This document shows positions 1 through 11,833 of a stretch of 64,000 nt of DNA, piece after piece. The position numbers were made by a program, and so were the translations under genes. Under the pieces are notes generated by a model. The model did not search any database. It was not told the DNA's origin and was given only the letters and a program-made list of their open reading frames with translations. Source of the DNA: Gammaproteobacteria bacterium (GTDB lineage: Bacteria; Pseudomonadota; Gammaproteobacteria; UBA4575); NCBI GenBank assembly GCA_965222615.1, contig CBDCUI010000008.1, positions 736,001 through 800,000 of the forward strand, given 5' to 3'. How positions within the stretch are numbered: the stretch's first letter is position 1; each line of letters opens with the position of its first letter.

Positions 1-2
1 TA

Positions 3-3000
3 GTAGAAATTTTAGTTGATAGTTCCGGTAATTTAGTTAGTGAACAAAGAGTAGCAAATGGAAACGTAATTAGGTCGGGCCCTGTATTTGGTGTTAGTCC
101 GGATAGTAATTTTCTATACATTGGTGATAGTGGAAATAGTTTGTTTAAGTTAGATTTGAACCAAGCTAGCTCTCCTATCGTTTTAGAAGATAGCTTCACT
201 TTAACAGGAGTGGACAAAATTGACTTAAGCCCAGACGGTTCACGTTTACATACCACTAGAGGCGAGACTTTGCGTACAGACTTATTTGTGCATGCCAGTC
301 GAAATCCAGAGCGTGGCTTGGTTGCTTATGGACAATCTCCTGACCAATATTTTTTGGCTGAAAGAAGTTCATTTGGATTTAATGGTATGACTAATATCAA
401 TTACTATGATAGCCAAAAGTCTAATAAGTTAGGCTCATTTACTATTCCATGTTTAGCAGATGGGAATTCATTTGTAGATTTTTTGATTTTGTCTAATGAC
501 AGTGTATTTCTTACTTTAAATGACAATTTAATATGTGGTGTAACGACTGACACTGTTACTAAAGATAGCGACAGCGATACGGTGCGAGATTTTGTCGATA
601 ATTGTGAAAATATTGTTAATTCTGATCAATCTAATATTGATGGTGATGAATTTGGTGATGCTTGTGACTCTTTTCCGAACGATGCAAGTAATGGAGCGAT
701 TAACGATCCTGATTCAAATCAGCTCATGTTTTCAGAAGCTGTTCAAGATATAATTTACGATAGTGCGCGAAATGTATTTTATGCAAGTATTCCCCTGCTA
801 AATGAAATTGTTGTTGTTAATGCAAATACATTCCAGATTCAAAAACGAATTGTTGTGGGTTCATCTCCAAGGGGATTAAATTTAAGTATTGATAATTCAA
901 AGTTATTAGTTGCTTTGTATGGAGCTACTGGATTTGCAATAGTAGATTTATTGGCAAATACAGTATCAGAAATAGTTGCGGAACAGTTAGGGGATTCACG
1001 AACATGGGACGTAATAGAAACAGATACAAATAGAATATTTGTTTCTGCTAGCCCAGGAAGCAATGGTTTTTCTTATATTGTAGAAGTAAAACTAGATGGC
1101 TCCGGAAATGTAATCAGCCAACAGCGTGTTGCCGATGGAAGAATTATTAGATCTGGTCCAACATTTGCTCTGAGTCCGGATGGAGATTTCCTCTACATTG
1201 GTGATGGGGATGGCTCTCTTTTAAAACTCGATCTAAATCAAGCCAATGTCCCTATAGTACTCGAGAATCCAAACATTATTGGTAATAACATCGATGAGGC
1301 TAATGATTTTGTTTTGAGTCCAGATGGTGTACGCATTCATACACCCAGGGGGCAAGTAATAAATACAGATACCTTTCTTATAGAATCACAGTTACCTGTG
1401 GGTCCAGTTACTTACAGTTTGTCAGGTGAGTATTTGTTAGTTGCAGAGTTATCAACTTTTTCTAATGAAAGTACACAAGTAAATGTATACAACAGCGGTG
1501 CTAGCCAACTAGTTGGTACTTTTATGTTTACTTGTACAGGCGATAGTAATTCATTTAGTAGTAATAATATCTTATCTATTACTGCTGATGATACGTTCGT
1601 GATTCTCAGTAATGCCCCAGTAAGTAATGGTGTTATATGTAGAACTACAAATAACATATTTGCGGATTCTGATAACGATTCAATTTTTGATATAAGTGAC
1701 AATTGCCCAAATATTGCTAATACGAATCAGTCAAATATAGATGGTGATATGTTTGGAGACATTTGTGACCCTTATCCAAATGATGCGAATAATGTTCCAA
1801 CTGCATTAGAATTATTTCCACTTGTCCCAGGTACAACTTTTAATTATTTGGTGAATTCTTCAGTTCAAGAAACTGAAACAATTTTGCCGCAGAGTTTATT
1901 TAATGGAGTACAAACTTTTGGAGTGCAGGATAATGAAGGTGATATTGAATACTATACAAACGATGTGAACGGACTGCTTGATTACGGTTCATTAGATACG
2001 GTGGATGGGTTTACTATTATTTCATCACCTCCGCTTAAGTTTTTAAATGCTCAACCTATATTGGGCCAGCAAATTAACCAATCTGGGACGTTAATTACTA
2101 ATGACCCTGTTATAGGCTCACTTTCTTATACGTACTCTTCGACTGTAATAGGGCTAGAAACAATTACAGTTCCATTAGGTACGTTTGAAGCTCTAAGAGT
2201 TGATTTCACACTTACTGCTTCAGGGATTGTATTTCTAACACAAACCAGCTCTCACTGGTATGCAAAAGATATTGGTTTAATACGTGATGAAACTACTACA
2301 GATGGTCTCCTTGAAGTTAGAGAATTAGTTTCTATCCAATCTCCACCACAAATCGTGACACCGGCGGAAGGCAGCACGTTACCGGGAAGTAGTGTGACGA
2401 TCACATGGAATGCGAATGGTGTAACTCCCCAGTTTTGGGCGGTGAATGCAGGCAGCAGTCCGGGTGCATCAAACTTAGCGGCATCAGGTGCGTTGGCGGG
2501 GAATGTTACGCAAACAACATTAACGAACTTACCTACGGATGGGCAGCCGATTTACATTCGATTGTATACAGGTAACAATGGAATATTCAATGTCGTTGAT
2601 GAGAATCAATACACCGCCTTTACTCCTGCACCGACTCCACAAATCGTATCACCAGCGAATGGCAGTACTTTAAGTGGTGATAGTGTAACGATTACATGGA
2701 ATGCCAATGGAGTAACCCCGCAGAACTGGGTTGTGAATGCGGGCAACAGTTCGGGGGTATCAGATTTGGCGACTTCAGGGATGTTAGCGGGCAATGCTAC
2801 ACAAGTGACATTAACCAACTTACCCACCAATGGACAAACGATATTCGTATCACTGAACACTGTTGATAATGGAATTTCCACCCTTGTCGATGAAAATCAA
2901 TATGTAGCATTTAATCCTTCTCCTGGAGTTCCACAAATCGTGACACCGGCGGAAGGCAGCACGTTACCGGGAAGTAGTGTGACGATCACATGGAATGCGA

Positions 3001-4967
3001 ATGGTGTAACTCCCCAGTTTTGGGCGGTGAATGCAGGCAGCAGTCCGGGTGCATCAAACTTAGCGGCATCAGGTGCGTTGGCGGGGAATGTTACGCAAAC
3101 AACATTAACGAACTTACCTACGGATGGGCAGCCGATTTACATTCGATTGTATACAGGTAACAATGGAATATTCAATGTCGTTGATGAGAATCAATACACC
3201 GCCTTTACTCCTGCACCGACTCCACAAATCGTATCACCAGCGAATGGCAGTACTTTAAGTGGTGATAGTGTAACGATTACATGGAATGCCAATGGAGTAA
3301 CCCCGCAGAACTGGGTTGTGAATGCGGGCAACAGTTCGGGGGTATCAGATTTGGCGACTTCAGGGATGTTAGCGGGCAATGCTACACAAGTGACATTAAC
3401 CAACTTACCCACCAATGGACAAACGATATTCGTATCACTGAACACTGTTGATAATGGAATTTCCACCCTTGTCGATGAAAATCAATATGTAGCATTTAAT
3501 CCTTCTCCTGGAGTTCCACAAATCGTGACACCGGCGGAAGGCAGCACGTTACCGGGAAGTAGTGTGACGATCACATGGAATGCGAATGGTGTAACTCCCC
3601 AGTTTTGGGCGGTGAATGCAGGCAGCAGTCCGGGTGCATCAAACTTAGCGGCATCAGGTGCGTTGGCGGGGAATGTTACGCAAACAACATTAACGAACTT
3701 ACCTACGGATGGGCAGCCGATTTACATTCGATTGTATACAGGTAACAATGGAATATTCAATGTCGTTGATGAGAATCAATACACCGCCTTTACTCCTGCA
3801 CCGACTCCACAAATCGTATCACCAGCGAATGGCAGTACTTTAAGTGGTGATAGTGTAACGATTACATGGAATGCCAATGGAGTAACCCCGCAGAACTGGG
3901 TTGTGAATGCGGGCAACAGTTCGGGGGTATCAGATTTGGCGACTTCAGGGATGTTAGCGGGCAATGCTACACAAGTGACATTAACCAACTTACCCACCAA
4001 TGGACAAACGATATTCGTATCACTGAACACTGTTGATAATGGAATTTCCACCCTTGTCGATGAAAATCAATATGTAGCATTTAATCCTTCTCCTGGAGTT
4101 CCACAAATCGTGACACCGGCGGAAGGCAGCACGTTACCGGGAAGTAGTGTGACGATCACATGGAATGCGAATGGTGTAACTCCCCAGTTTTGGGCGGTGA
4201 ATGCAGGCAGCAGTCCGGGTGCATCAAACTTAGCGGCATCAGGTGCGTTGGCGGGGAATGTTACGCAAACAACATTAACGAACTTACCTACGGATGGGCA
4301 GCCGATTTACATTCGATTGTATACAGGTAACAATGGAATATTCAATGTCGTTGATGAGAATCAATACACCGCCTTTACTCCTGCACCGACTCCACAAATC
4401 GTATCACCAGCGAATGGCAGTACTTTAAGTGGTGATAGTGTAACGATTACATGGAATGCCAATGGAGTAACCCCGCAGAACTGGGTTGTGAATGCGGGCA
4501 ACAGTTCGGGGGTATCAGATTTGGCGACTTCAGGGATGTTAGCGGGCAATGCTACACAAGTGACATTAACCAACTTACCCACCAATGGACAAACGATATT
4601 CGTATCACTGAACACTGTTGATAATGGAATTTCCACCCTTGTCGATGAAAATCAATATGTAGCATTTAATCCTTCTCCTGGAGTTCCACAAATCGTGACA
4701 CCGGCGGAAGGCAGCACGTTACCGGGAAGTAGTGTGACGATCACATGGAATGCGAATGGTGTAACTCCCCAGTTTTGGGCGGTGAATGCAGGCAGCAGTC
4801 CGGGTGCATCAAACTTAGCGGCATCAGGTGCGTTGGCGGGGAATGTTACGCAAACAACATTAACGAACTTACCTACGGATGGGCAGCCGATTTACATTCG
4901 ATTGTATACAGGTAACAATGGAATATTCAATGTCGTTGATGAGAATCAATATACAGCGAGTCAATAA
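3..4967 (+). CDS. Giant repeat-rich putative surface/extracellular protein, 5'-truncated (YncE-like beta-propellers, thrombospondin type-3 repeats, DUF3108-like domain, 9 tandem Ig-like domains)
   Basis: Frame is open from base 3 (VEILVDSSGNLVSEQRVANGNVIRSGPVFGVSPD, matching the later IVEVKLDGSGNVISQQRVADGRIIRSGPTFALSPD), so the TTG at 141 is not the true start. Two DxDxDxxxDxxDNC...NxDQSNIDGDxxGDxCD motifs are TSP3-like; FPLVPG...ETITVPLGTF...WYAKDIGL is DUF3108/TapB-like; the C-terminus is tandem repeats. Confidence 0.8.
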   Translation, partial: VEILVDSSGNLVSEQRVANGNVIRSGPVFGVSPDSNFLYIGDSGNSLFKLDLNQASSPIVLEDSFTLTGVDKIDLSPDGSRLHTTRGETLRTDLFVHASRNPERGLVAYGQSPDQYFLAERSSFGFNGMTNINYYDSQKSNKLGSFTIPCLADGNSFVDFLILSNDSVFLTLNDNLICGVTTDTVTKDSDSDTVRDFVDNCENIVNSDQSNIDGDEFGDACDSFPNDASNGAINDPDSNQLMFSEAVQDIIYDSARNVFYASIPLLNEIVVVNANTFQIQKRIVVGSSPRGLNLSIDNSKLLVALYGATGFAIVDLLANTVSEIVAEQLGDSRTWDVIETDTNRIFVSASPGSNGFSYIVEVKLDGSGNVISQQRVADGRIIRSGPTFALSPDGDFLYIGDGDGSLLKLDLNQANVPIVLENPNIIGNNIDEANDFVLSPDGVRIHTPRGQVINTDTFLIESQLPVGPVTYSLSGEYLLVAELSTFSNESTQVNVYNSGASQLVGTFMFTCTGDSNSFSSNNILSITADDTFVILSNAPVSNGVICRTTNNIFADSDNDSIFDISDNCPNIANTNQSNIDGDMFGDICDPYPNDANNVPTALELFPLVPGTTFNYLVNSSVQETETILPQSLFNGVQTFGVQDNEGDIEYYTNDVNGLLDYGSLDTVDGFTIISSPPLKFLNAQPILGQQINQSGTLITNDPVIGSLSYTYSSTVIGLETITVPLGTFEALRVDFTLTASGIVFLTQTSSHWYAKDIGLIRDETTTDGLLEVRELVSIQSPPQIVTPAEGSTLPGSSVTITWNANGVTPQFWAVNAGSSPGASNLAASGALAGNVTQTTLTNLPTDGQPIYIRLYTGNNGIFNVVDENQYTAFTPAPTPQIVSPANGSTLSGDSVTITWNANGVTPQNWVVNAGNSSGVSDLATSGMLAGNATQVTLTNLPTNGQTIFVSLNTVDNGISTLVDENQYVAFNPSPGVPQIVTPAEGSTLPGSSVTITWNANGVTPQFWAVNAGSSPGASNLAASGALAGNVTQTTLTNLPTDGQPIYIRLYTGNNGIFNVVDENQYTAFTPAPTPQIVSPANGSTLSGDSVTITWNANGVTPQNWVVNAGNSSGVSDLATSGMLAGNATQVTLTNLPTNGQTIFVSLNTVDNGISTLVDENQYVAFNPSPGVPQIVTPAEGSTLPGSSVTITWNANGVTPQFWAVNAGSSPGASNLAASGALAGNVTQTTLTNLPTDGQPIYIRLYTGNNGIFNVVDENQYTAFTPAPTPQIVSPANGSTLSGDSVTITWNANGVTPQNWVVNAGNSSGVSDLATSGMLAGNATQVTLTNLPTNGQTIFVSLNTVDNGISTLVDENQYVAFNPSPGVPQIVTPAEGSTLPGSSVTITWNANGVTPQFWAVNAGSSPGASNLAASGALAGNVTQTTLTNLPTDGQPIYIRLYTGNNGIFNVVDENQYTAFTPAPTPQIVSPANGSTLSGDSVTITWNANGVTPQNWVVNAGNSSGVSDLATSGMLAGNATQVTLTNLPTNGQTIFVSLNTVDNGISTLVDENQYVAFNPSPGVPQIVTPAEGSTLPGSSVTITWNANGVTPQFWAVNAGSSPGASNLAASGALAGNVTQTTLTNLPTDGQPIYIRLYTGNNGIFNVVDENQYTASQ
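2346..4951 (+). repeat. Intragenic tandem repeat, 585-bp unit x ~4.45 (alternating 291-bp A and 294-bp B subunits, ABABABABA)
   Basis: CCACAAATCGTGACACCGGCGG recurs at 2346, 2931, 3516, 4101 and 4686; the B subunit starts at 2637. Copies look identical, and identical antisense ORFs recur every 585 bp in the ORF track. Confidence 0.97.
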
Positions 4968-5052
4968 GTTACTTTTTGATATCTAAGTTGTAATTCATAA
5001 AGAGAAGCCAAAAGGCATAACTATACTGATAATTAACTAGGTTATGTGATAA

Positions 5053-7905
5053 TTAAACGTATTCTACATCTTTTATTTTATTGAAATTTAGTATTTGTTT
5101 TAAATATTGACCGGTAAACGAGGTTTTGGATTTTGCAAGGTCTTCAGGTGTACCTGCTGCAACAACTTCGCCGCCACGATTTCCTCCTTCTGGTCCTAAA
5201 TCGATGATCCAATCAGCAGTTTTGATAATATCGAGATTGTGTTCAATTACGATGATGGTATTACCTTGATCTCTTAAATGGTGAAGTACTTTTAATAGCT
5301 GATCTACGTCATGAAAATGTAGCCCTGTTGAGGGCTCATCTAAGATATAAAGTGTTTTACCTGTACTACGTTTAGATAATTCACGAGAAAGTTTTACACG
5401 CTGGGCTTCACCGCCAGATAATGTGGTCGCACTTTGACCTAAAGTAATATAGGTCAAACCGACATCAACTAATGTCTGCAATTTGCGCTTAACGACTGGT
5501 ACAGCATCAAAGAAACGTAAAGCATCTTCAACCGTCATTTGTAATACTTCATGTATATTTTTATCTTTATAGCGAATTTCTAATGTTTCACGGTTATAGC
5601 GTTTCCCTTGACAAATATCACAAGGCACATACACGTCTGGGAGAAAGTGCATCTCTACTTTAATTACTCCATCACCTTGGCAAGCTTCACAGCGTCCACC
5701 CTTGACGTTAAAACTAAATCTACCAGGCGCGTAACCACGTGATCTAGCTTCTTGAGTATTGGAAAATAGTTCACGTATCGGGGTGAATAGACCAGTGTAA
5801 GTTGCTGGATTGGACCTTGGGGTACGCCCGATAGGACTCTGATCGATATCTATGACTTTGTCGATTTGGTCTAAGCCCTTGATTTCACTACATTCTGCAG
5901 GAAGTATGCCGGATCCGTGCAAATGTCGCATACAATGCTTATATAAGGTGTCATTAATAAGAGTAGATTTTCCCGAACCGGAAACACCGGTCACGACAGT
6001 AAATAAGCCTAAAGGTATTTCCACAGAAATATTTTTGAGATTATTACCGGAAGCCTTAACAATCTTTAAGGTTTTAGTTTTTTGAAAGGGATTACGAAAA
6101 CTAGGCACATCAATTACACGTTTGTGCGCAAGATATTGTCCGGTTAAAGAGGTAGTACTTTTCTCGATATCTGCAGGAATGCCCTGAGCAACTACTTTCC
6201 CACCATGTACACCCGCACCTGGGCCCATATCGAGCACATGGTCTGCACTACGTATTGCTTCTTCATCGTGTTCTACAACAATCACAGTATTACCCAAATC
6301 TCTAAGGTAAGTGAGTGTATTTAATAAGCGTTTATTATCTCGTTGATGCAATCCAATCGAAGGTTCATCGAGTATATACATCACGCCAACTAAACCAGAA
6401 CCAATTTGACTTGCAAGCCGAATGCGTTGTGCTTCACCGCCAGATAATGTGTCTGCACTGCGATCAAGTGTTAGATAATCTAAACCTACATTAACTAAAA
6501 ATTTAAGCCTTTCATTAATTTCATTAATTATTTTTTCACCTACAGTTGCCAGATGCCCGGGAAGTTTTAGTTTTGTAAAAAAACTTAGGGACTCTTCTGT
6601 CGGCCATGATGTCATAGTGGGTAAGTTGATATCGTTTATATATACATTGCGGGCTTCCACATTTAAACGATCACCATTACATTCTTGACAAGTTTGAGTA
6701 GTAAGATACTTGCTCAGCTCTTCGCGTACTGCACTAGACTCGGTTTCATGAAAGCGACGATCCATATTCGGGATAATGCCTTCAAAGGCATGCCAACGTT
6801 TATAAGTTTTTCCATTTTGATTCGTGTATTTAAATGGTACCTCTTCATCTTCACTGCCATACATGAGGATGTCTTGAATTTCTTCATCGAGCTCATAATA
6901 AGGAGCTTCAATATCAAATTCATAATGTTCGGCGAGCGATTGAATTAGGTTAAAGTAATAGGGATTGCGACGGTCCCAACCACGAATAGCACCACCGGCT
7001 AAACTTATTTCGTCGTTGATAACTACTAATTCGGGGTCAAAAAATTGCTCTAGACCCAAACCGTCGCATTCCTTACATGCGCCAACCGGGTTATTAAATG
7101 AAAAAAGACGAGGTTCAAGTTCGTTTAAACTATAGCCACATTTTGGGCAGGCAAACTTTGCAGAAAAAATCATTTCTGCTTCATTTGGGTTATCCATAGA
7201 TTGGACAATGGCAATGTCGTCAGCAAGTTTTAAAGCTGTTTCAAATGATTCTGTTAAACGTAACTTCAAATCTGGTTTAACTTTAAAACGATCTACGATG
7301 ACTTCTATGCTATGTTTACGACGTAGATCTAACTTTGGTGGCGAGTCCAGCTCATAGATCTCGCCATCAATACGAGCACGTAAAAAACCTTGAGACTGTA
7401 ATTTCGCTAATAGTTGTACATGTTCTCCTTTTCGATTCTGAATAACCGGTGCCAATAGCATCAATTTTTTATTGGCTTCAAGTGATAGCACTTTATCTAC
7501 CATTTGACTGATGGTTTGCGCATGTAAATCTATATGATGTGTAGGGCAACGCGGTGTACCTGCACGTGCAAATAGCAAACGTAAGTAATCGTATATTTCT
7601 GTAATGGTTCCTACTGTAGAACGTGGGTTATGTGAAGTAGCTTTTTGTTCTATTGATATGGAAGGTGATAACCCATCAATATTATCGATATCGGGTTTTT
7701 CCATGCGTGCTAGAAACTGACGCGCATATGCAGATAAAGATTCCACATAGCGACGTTGACCCTCAGCAAAAATAGTGTCAAAAGCCAGCGATGATTTACC
7801 AGAGCCAGAAAGGCCGGTTATGACAATCAACTTGTCTCTTGGAAGATCTACATTGATATTCTGTAGATTATGAGTCCGCGCACCTCGAATGCTGATTTGT
7901 TTCAT
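5053..7905 (-). CDS. uvrA: Excinuclease ABC subunit A
   Basis: Two Walker A motifs ([16 protein letters not shown]), two LSGGEAQR signatures, CxxC zinc fingers, 950 aa. Confidence 0.99.
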   Translation of the reverse strand: MKQISIRGARTHNLQNINVDLPRDKLIVITGLSGSGKSSLAFDTIFAEGQRRYVESLSAYARQFLARMEKPDIDNIDGLSPSISIEQKATSHNPRSTVGTITEIYDYLRLLFARAGTPRCPTHHIDLHAQTISQMVDKVLSLEANKKLMLLAPVIQNRKGEHVQLLAKLQSQGFLRARIDGEIYELDSPPKLDLRRKHSIEVIVDRFKVKPDLKLRLTESFETALKLADDIAIVQSMDNPNEAEMIFSAKFACPKCGYSLNELEPRLFSFNNPVGACKECDGLGLEQFFDPELVVINDEISLAGGAIRGWDRRNPYYFNLIQSLAEHYEFDIEAPYYELDEEIQDILMYGSEDEEVPFKYTNQNGKTYKRWHAFEGIIPNMDRRFHETESSAVREELSKYLTTQTCQECNGDRLNVEARNVYINDINLPTMTSWPTEESLSFFTKLKLPGHLATVGEKIINEINERLKFLVNVGLDYLTLDRSADTLSGGEAQRIRLASQIGSGLVGVMYILDEPSIGLHQRDNKRLLNTLTYLRDLGNTVIVVEHDEEAIRSADHVLDMGPGAGVHGGKVVAQGIPADIEKSTTSLTGQYLAHKRVIDVPSFRNPFQKTKTLKIVKASGNNLKNISVEIPLGLFTVVTGVSGSGKSTLINDTLYKHCMRHLHGSGILPAECSEIKGLDQIDKVIDIDQSPIGRTPRSNPATYTGLFTPIRELFSNTQEARSRGYAPGRFSFNVKGGRCEACQGDGVIKVEMHFLPDVYVPCDICQGKRYNRETLEIRYKDKNIHEVLQMTVEDALRFFDAVPVVKRKLQTLVDVGLTYITLGQSATTLSGGEAQRVKLSRELSKRSTGKTLYILDEPSTGLHFHDVDQLLKVLHHLRDQGNTIIVIEHNLDIIKTADWIIDLGPEGGNRGGEVVAAGTPEDLAKSKTSFTGQYLKQILNFNKIKDVEYV

Positions 7906-8164
7906 CTCAATAATCGGATTAGGCCAAACCTTCTAATATACGTGTTTATCAAGCTGAGAGCCAAAACCTATAGAAAGGCTTTTATAGATTTGTATAACAG
8001 TAATTATGTTTTAAGTGCAAGCTAAAAAATGTCTTATATGTAGTTGATTTTTAAAGCTTGGCTACAAAGCATACTATGCACATAAGACTTCGTGTTTTTT
8101 GTCCCGCAAGTCCGTAAAATAGTAGCTCATGATAATTAACAATTTAAAAAGCAGGTAATTTGAG

Positions 8165-8605
8165 ATGGCGAGAGGCGTAAATAAAGTTATATTGGTGGGT
8201 AATTTAGGGCAAGATCCTGAAGTTAAATATATGCCAAGTGGACAAGCGGTATGTAATATCAGTGTTGCCACGACTGAATCTTGGAATGACAAGAATTCTG
8301 GTGAAAAAGTTGAAAAAACTGAATGGCATCGTGTGGTGTTCTTTCGCAGGTTGGCAGAAATTGCTGGAGAATATCTTCGTAAAGGCTCGCAAGTTTATAT
8401 AGAGGGGCGTTTACAAACTCGCAAATGGCAAGATCAAAGTGGTAATGATAGATATACCACTGAAATCGTTGCTAATGATATGCAGATGTTAGGCAGTAAA
8501 GGTGGTGGTACTGCGATGATGTCAGAACCCCCATCGAGCTCAGAACCAGAAGCTGTTACAGCTGGTTCGTCTTCTGATGATTTTGATGACGATATTCCAT
8601 TTTAG
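8165..8605 (+). CDS. ssb: Single-stranded DNA-binding protein
   Basis: [22 protein letters not shown]-terminal DDDIPF; divergent from uvrA. Confidence 0.99.
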   Translation: MARGVNKVILVGNLGQDPEVKYMPSGQAVCNISVATTESWNDKNSGEKVEKTEWHRVVFFRRLAEIAGEYLRKGSQVYIEGRLQTRKWQDQSGNDRYTTEIVANDMQMLGSKGGGTAMMSEPPSSSEPEAVTAGSSSDDFDDDIPF

Positions 8606-8801
8606 TTATTAAATTTTTATTCTGTAGCTATTAGCCGTATAACATCCTTTGTTTGTAAGCGGCAATATTGAATTTCATTTAGCTGATGTGTTGCTATGTT
8701 GTGTTTGAACTACATAGGTTAGTTACCGTTGTATATTTTATATCTTATTTCTACCCTATAAAGACTTTATTCAAGATTGAATTTCCATAAAATAGCAACC
8801 G

Positions 8802-9899
8802 ATGTCTAGCGATAAAAAGAAAGCATTAATAACTGGTGTTACTGGTCAGGATGGCGCCTATCTAGCTGAATTTTTACTTAATAAGAATTATGAAGTTCAC
8901 GGTATTAAACGAAGAGCGTCTTCATTTAATACTAGTCGGATTGATCATCTTTACCAGGATCCGCATGAAGCAAACAGAAATTTTATTCTGCACTATGGGG
9001 ATTTAACAGATTCAACAAATTTGATTAGAATAATACAGGAAGTTCGTCCAGATGAGATCTATAATTTAGCTGCACAAAGTCATGTGGCAGTATCTTTTGA
9101 AAGCCCTGAATACACGGCGAATGCTGATGCGCTAGGGACACTCCGGCTTCTCGAAGCTATTCGTATATTAGGTTTAGAAAAACAGACTCGTTTTTATCAA
9201 GCCTCTACTAGTGAAATGTTTGGTAAAGTGCAAGAAGTTCCCCAAACAGAAAAAACTGCATTTTACCCTCGAAGCCCATACGGTGTTGCTAAAGTTTATG
9301 CATATTGGATGTGTGTGAATTATCGAGAGGCTTATGGAATATTTGCAAGTAATGGAATATTGTTCAACCATGAATCGCCTATACGCGGTGAAACGTTTGT
9401 CACTAGAAAAATAACAAGGGCTGCTGCTCGGATTAAACTCGGTCTTCAAGATAAACTATATTTAGGCAATCTCGATGCAAAAAGAGATTGGGGGCACGCA
9501 AAGGACTATATAGATGCGCAATGGAGAATACTTCAACAAGATGAACCAGATGATTTTGTAATAGCAACAGGTGAGCAACATTCTGTGCGTGAATTAGTTG
9601 AAAGTGCTTTTGAGGAAATTGGGATCGAAATTGAGTGGGAGGGTAGCGGAGTAAATGAAATAGGTAAAAATATGTCTTCGGGTAAGGAAGTTGTTGCAAT
9701 AGATCCTCATTATTTTCGACCAACAGAAGTGGATGCATTATTAGGGGATCCTTCAAAAGCTCATGAAAAACTAGGGTGGAAGGCTAGCATTTCATTTAAA
9801 GACATGGTTGCAGAAATGATTCGAGAAGACATACGAGATGCAGAAAAAGATGAGCTATGTCGAAGTCAAGGGTATCGCACCTATCAATATTTTGAGTAA
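8802..9899 (+). CDS. gmd: GDP-mannose 4,6-dehydratase
   Basis: [41 protein letters not shown]. Confidence 0.98.
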   Translation: MSSDKKKALITGVTGQDGAYLAEFLLNKNYEVHGIKRRASSFNTSRIDHLYQDPHEANRNFILHYGDLTDSTNLIRIIQEVRPDEIYNLAAQSHVAVSFESPEYTANADALGTLRLLEAIRILGLEKQTRFYQASTSEMFGKVQEVPQTEKTAFYPRSPYGVAKVYAYWMCVNYREAYGIFASNGILFNHESPIRGETFVTRKITRAAARIKLGLQDKLYLGNLDAKRDWGHAKDYIDAQWRILQQDEPDDFVIATGEQHSVRELVESAFEEIGIEIEWEGSGVNEIGKNMSSGKEVVAIDPHYFRPTEVDALLGDPSKAHEKLGWKASISFKDMVAEMIREDIRDAEKDELCRSQGYRTYQYFE

Positions 9900-9908
9900 T
9901 AAAGTACT

Positions 9909-10835
9909 TTGAATAAAGATAGCAAGATATATGTAGCCGGGCATAGTGGTTTGGTTGGGTCAGCATTAGTTCGTGCATTAAATGCTAAGGCTTATACTAA
10001 TCTCATAGTGAAGACTAGAGCAGAGTTAGACTTAAGAAACCAATCTGCAGTTGAAGATTTCTTTTCTAAGGAACAGCCAGAATACGTCTTTATTGCAGCC
10101 GCTAAAGTTGGAGGGATTCTTGCAAATAATGATTATCCTGCTGATTTTATTTATGAAAATTTAATAATCGAGGCTAATTTAATACATGCGGCTTATAAAA
10201 ATAAAGTAAAAAAACTTTTGTTCTTAGGTAGTACTTGCGTATATCCAAAATTAGCTCCACAGCCAATCAAAGAAGAATCATTACTGACTGGGTCGTTAGA
10301 AGAAACAAATCAGTGGTATGCGATTGCGAAAATTTCCGGGATTAAGCTATGTGAAGCTTATTCGAGACAGTATGGATGTGATTTTATTTCGGCTATGCCA
10401 ACTAATTTATATGGACCAGGAGATAATTTTGATTTAGAGACTTCTCATGTTTTGCCCGCGCTAATTCGAAAATTTCATGAGGCAAAATTAAATGATGATT
10501 CAAGTGTGGAAATATGGGGTAGTGGAAAACCACGACGTGAATTTTTACATGTTTATGATTGTGCAGATGCCTGTTTGCATATTATGCGATGTGACACAGT
10601 AAATGATCTAACTAATATAGGGGCTGGCCATGATTTAACTATTTCGGAGTTGGCGTATCTTATAAAAAATGTAGTGGGTTATGAAGGCACTATTCACTAC
10701 AATGCTAATAAGCCTGATGGCACACCACAAAAATTAACAGATGTAAACAAAATTAAATCTACAGGTTGGCAGCCGAAAATAACTCTTGAAGAAGGGATCA
10801 AAAGTACATATCAATGGTACAAAGAAAACATTTAA
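9909..10835 (+). CDS. fcl: GDP-L-fucose synthase
   Basis: [49 protein letters not shown]; follows gmd. Confidence 0.96.
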   Translation: MNKDSKIYVAGHSGLVGSALVRALNAKAYTNLIVKTRAELDLRNQSAVEDFFSKEQPEYVFIAAAKVGGILANNDYPADFIYENLIIEANLIHAAYKNKVKKLLFLGSTCVYPKLAPQPIKEESLLTGSLEETNQWYAIAKISGIKLCEAYSRQYGCDFISAMPTNLYGPGDNFDLETSHVLPALIRKFHEAKLNDDSSVEIWGSGKPRREFLHVYDCADACLHIMRCDTVNDLTNIGAGHDLTISELAYLIKNVVGYEGTIHYNANKPDGTPQKLTDVNKIKSTGWQPKITLEEGIKSTYQWYKENI

Positions 10836-10883
10836 TATTGAAATTATGAAAATTTATTCAAGTTCAAATTATGGATATTAATT

Positions 10884-11729
10884 GTGGCAAATAAGCCAGA
10901 ATGGTTATTAGACTATCAGAACAATCATTACTCACAAAGTGGCGAAGATGGTGTAATAAAAAAAATATTAGAAATCTTGCCTGAAACCAACAATTGGTGT
11001 GTTGAATTCGGTGCATGGGATGGGATCTATTTAAGTAATGTTAGATCTTTAATTGAAAGTTCAGGTTACTCATCGGTTTTGATCGAAGGATCGAAAAAAA
11101 AATTCAAAACCCTTAAGAAAAACTATCAAAAGTATAATAATGTATATCCACTCAATAATTATGTAGGGTTTTCAGAGGATGATAATCTTGATGTAATCTT
11201 AGCAAACACAAAAATACCCTTGGATTTTGACTTTTTATCAATAGATGTCGATGGAAATGATTATCATATTTGGAAATCAACAACTAAGTACACTCCTAAA
11301 GTCGTATGTATTGAATACAATCCCACAATACCTACAGAAGTGGATTTTGTTCAGGAACCAAATCCAAATATTAGTCAAGGCTCAAGTCTTTCAGCTTTGG
11401 TGAAATTGGGTCAATATAAAGGTTATGAGTTGATTTCGGTACTAAAGTGGAATGCATTTTTTGTTAAGAAGGAATATTTCCCGCTTTTTGAAATTTATGA
11501 TAATTCACCTGCAACGCTTAGAAAGTCATTGGATATGATCACATATCTATTCGTTGGGTTTGATGGCAAAGTATTTTTGCAAGGCAGCAAAAAATTATAT
11601 TGGCACAATATTATGTTTAGTGAAAAAGACATTAAAGTTTTGCCTAAAATACTTCAAAAAGCTCCTGTTAACTACGGTTTGATAGAAAAGATATTATTTC
11701 ATATTTATAAATTAAGACGAGGGGTTTAG
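10884..11729 (+). CDS. FkbM-like SAM-dependent methyltransferase
   Basis: YSQSGEDG, VEFGAWDGIYLSN and FLSIDVDGNDY motifs typical of FkbM-like proteins. Confidence 0.7.
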   Translation: MANKPEWLLDYQNNHYSQSGEDGVIKKILEILPETNNWCVEFGAWDGIYLSNVRSLIESSGYSSVLIEGSKKKFKTLKKNYQKYNNVYPLNNYVGFSEDDNLDVILANTKIPLDFDFLSIDVDGNDYHIWKSTTKYTPKVVCIEYNPTIPTEVDFVQEPNPNISQGSSLSALVKLGQYKGYELISVLKWNAFFVKKEYFPLFEIYDNSPATLRKSLDMITYLFVGFDGKVFLQGSKKLYWHNIMFSEKDIKVLPKILQKAPVNYGLIEKILFHIYKLRRGV

Positions 11730-11833
11730 GCATTAAAAAGATTTCTTCGACGTAAAAAAAATGAATAGTCTACTTAGTCACTCGGTCGCATGTTGAAGTT
11801 ATTAAATCTAATCATAAGTTCAAATAATATATT

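Noticed and set aside
141-143. ORF-track start codon for the giant protein
   Set aside because: The frame is open and homologous to a later propeller repeat back to base 3; the true start is upstream of the window.
2606-4636. Four identical 91-aa minus-strand ORFs
   Set aside because: Antisense shadows of the 585-bp coding repeat.
2346-4951. Possible CRISPR-like or other non-coding array
   Set aside because: Units are long, in frame and have no unique spacers; no cas genes are present.
4968-5052. Terminator between the giant gene and uvrA
   Set aside because: Only a weak AT-rich CATAAC...GTTATG stem with a long loop; not supportable.
7906-8164. LexA/SOS box between uvrA and ssb
   Set aside because: The best candidate, TAGATTTGTATAACAG (7985-8000), lacks the left CTG of CTG-N10-CAG.
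8606-8801. JUMPStart/ops element upstream of the polysaccharide cluster
   Set aside because: No GGCGGTAG motif found.
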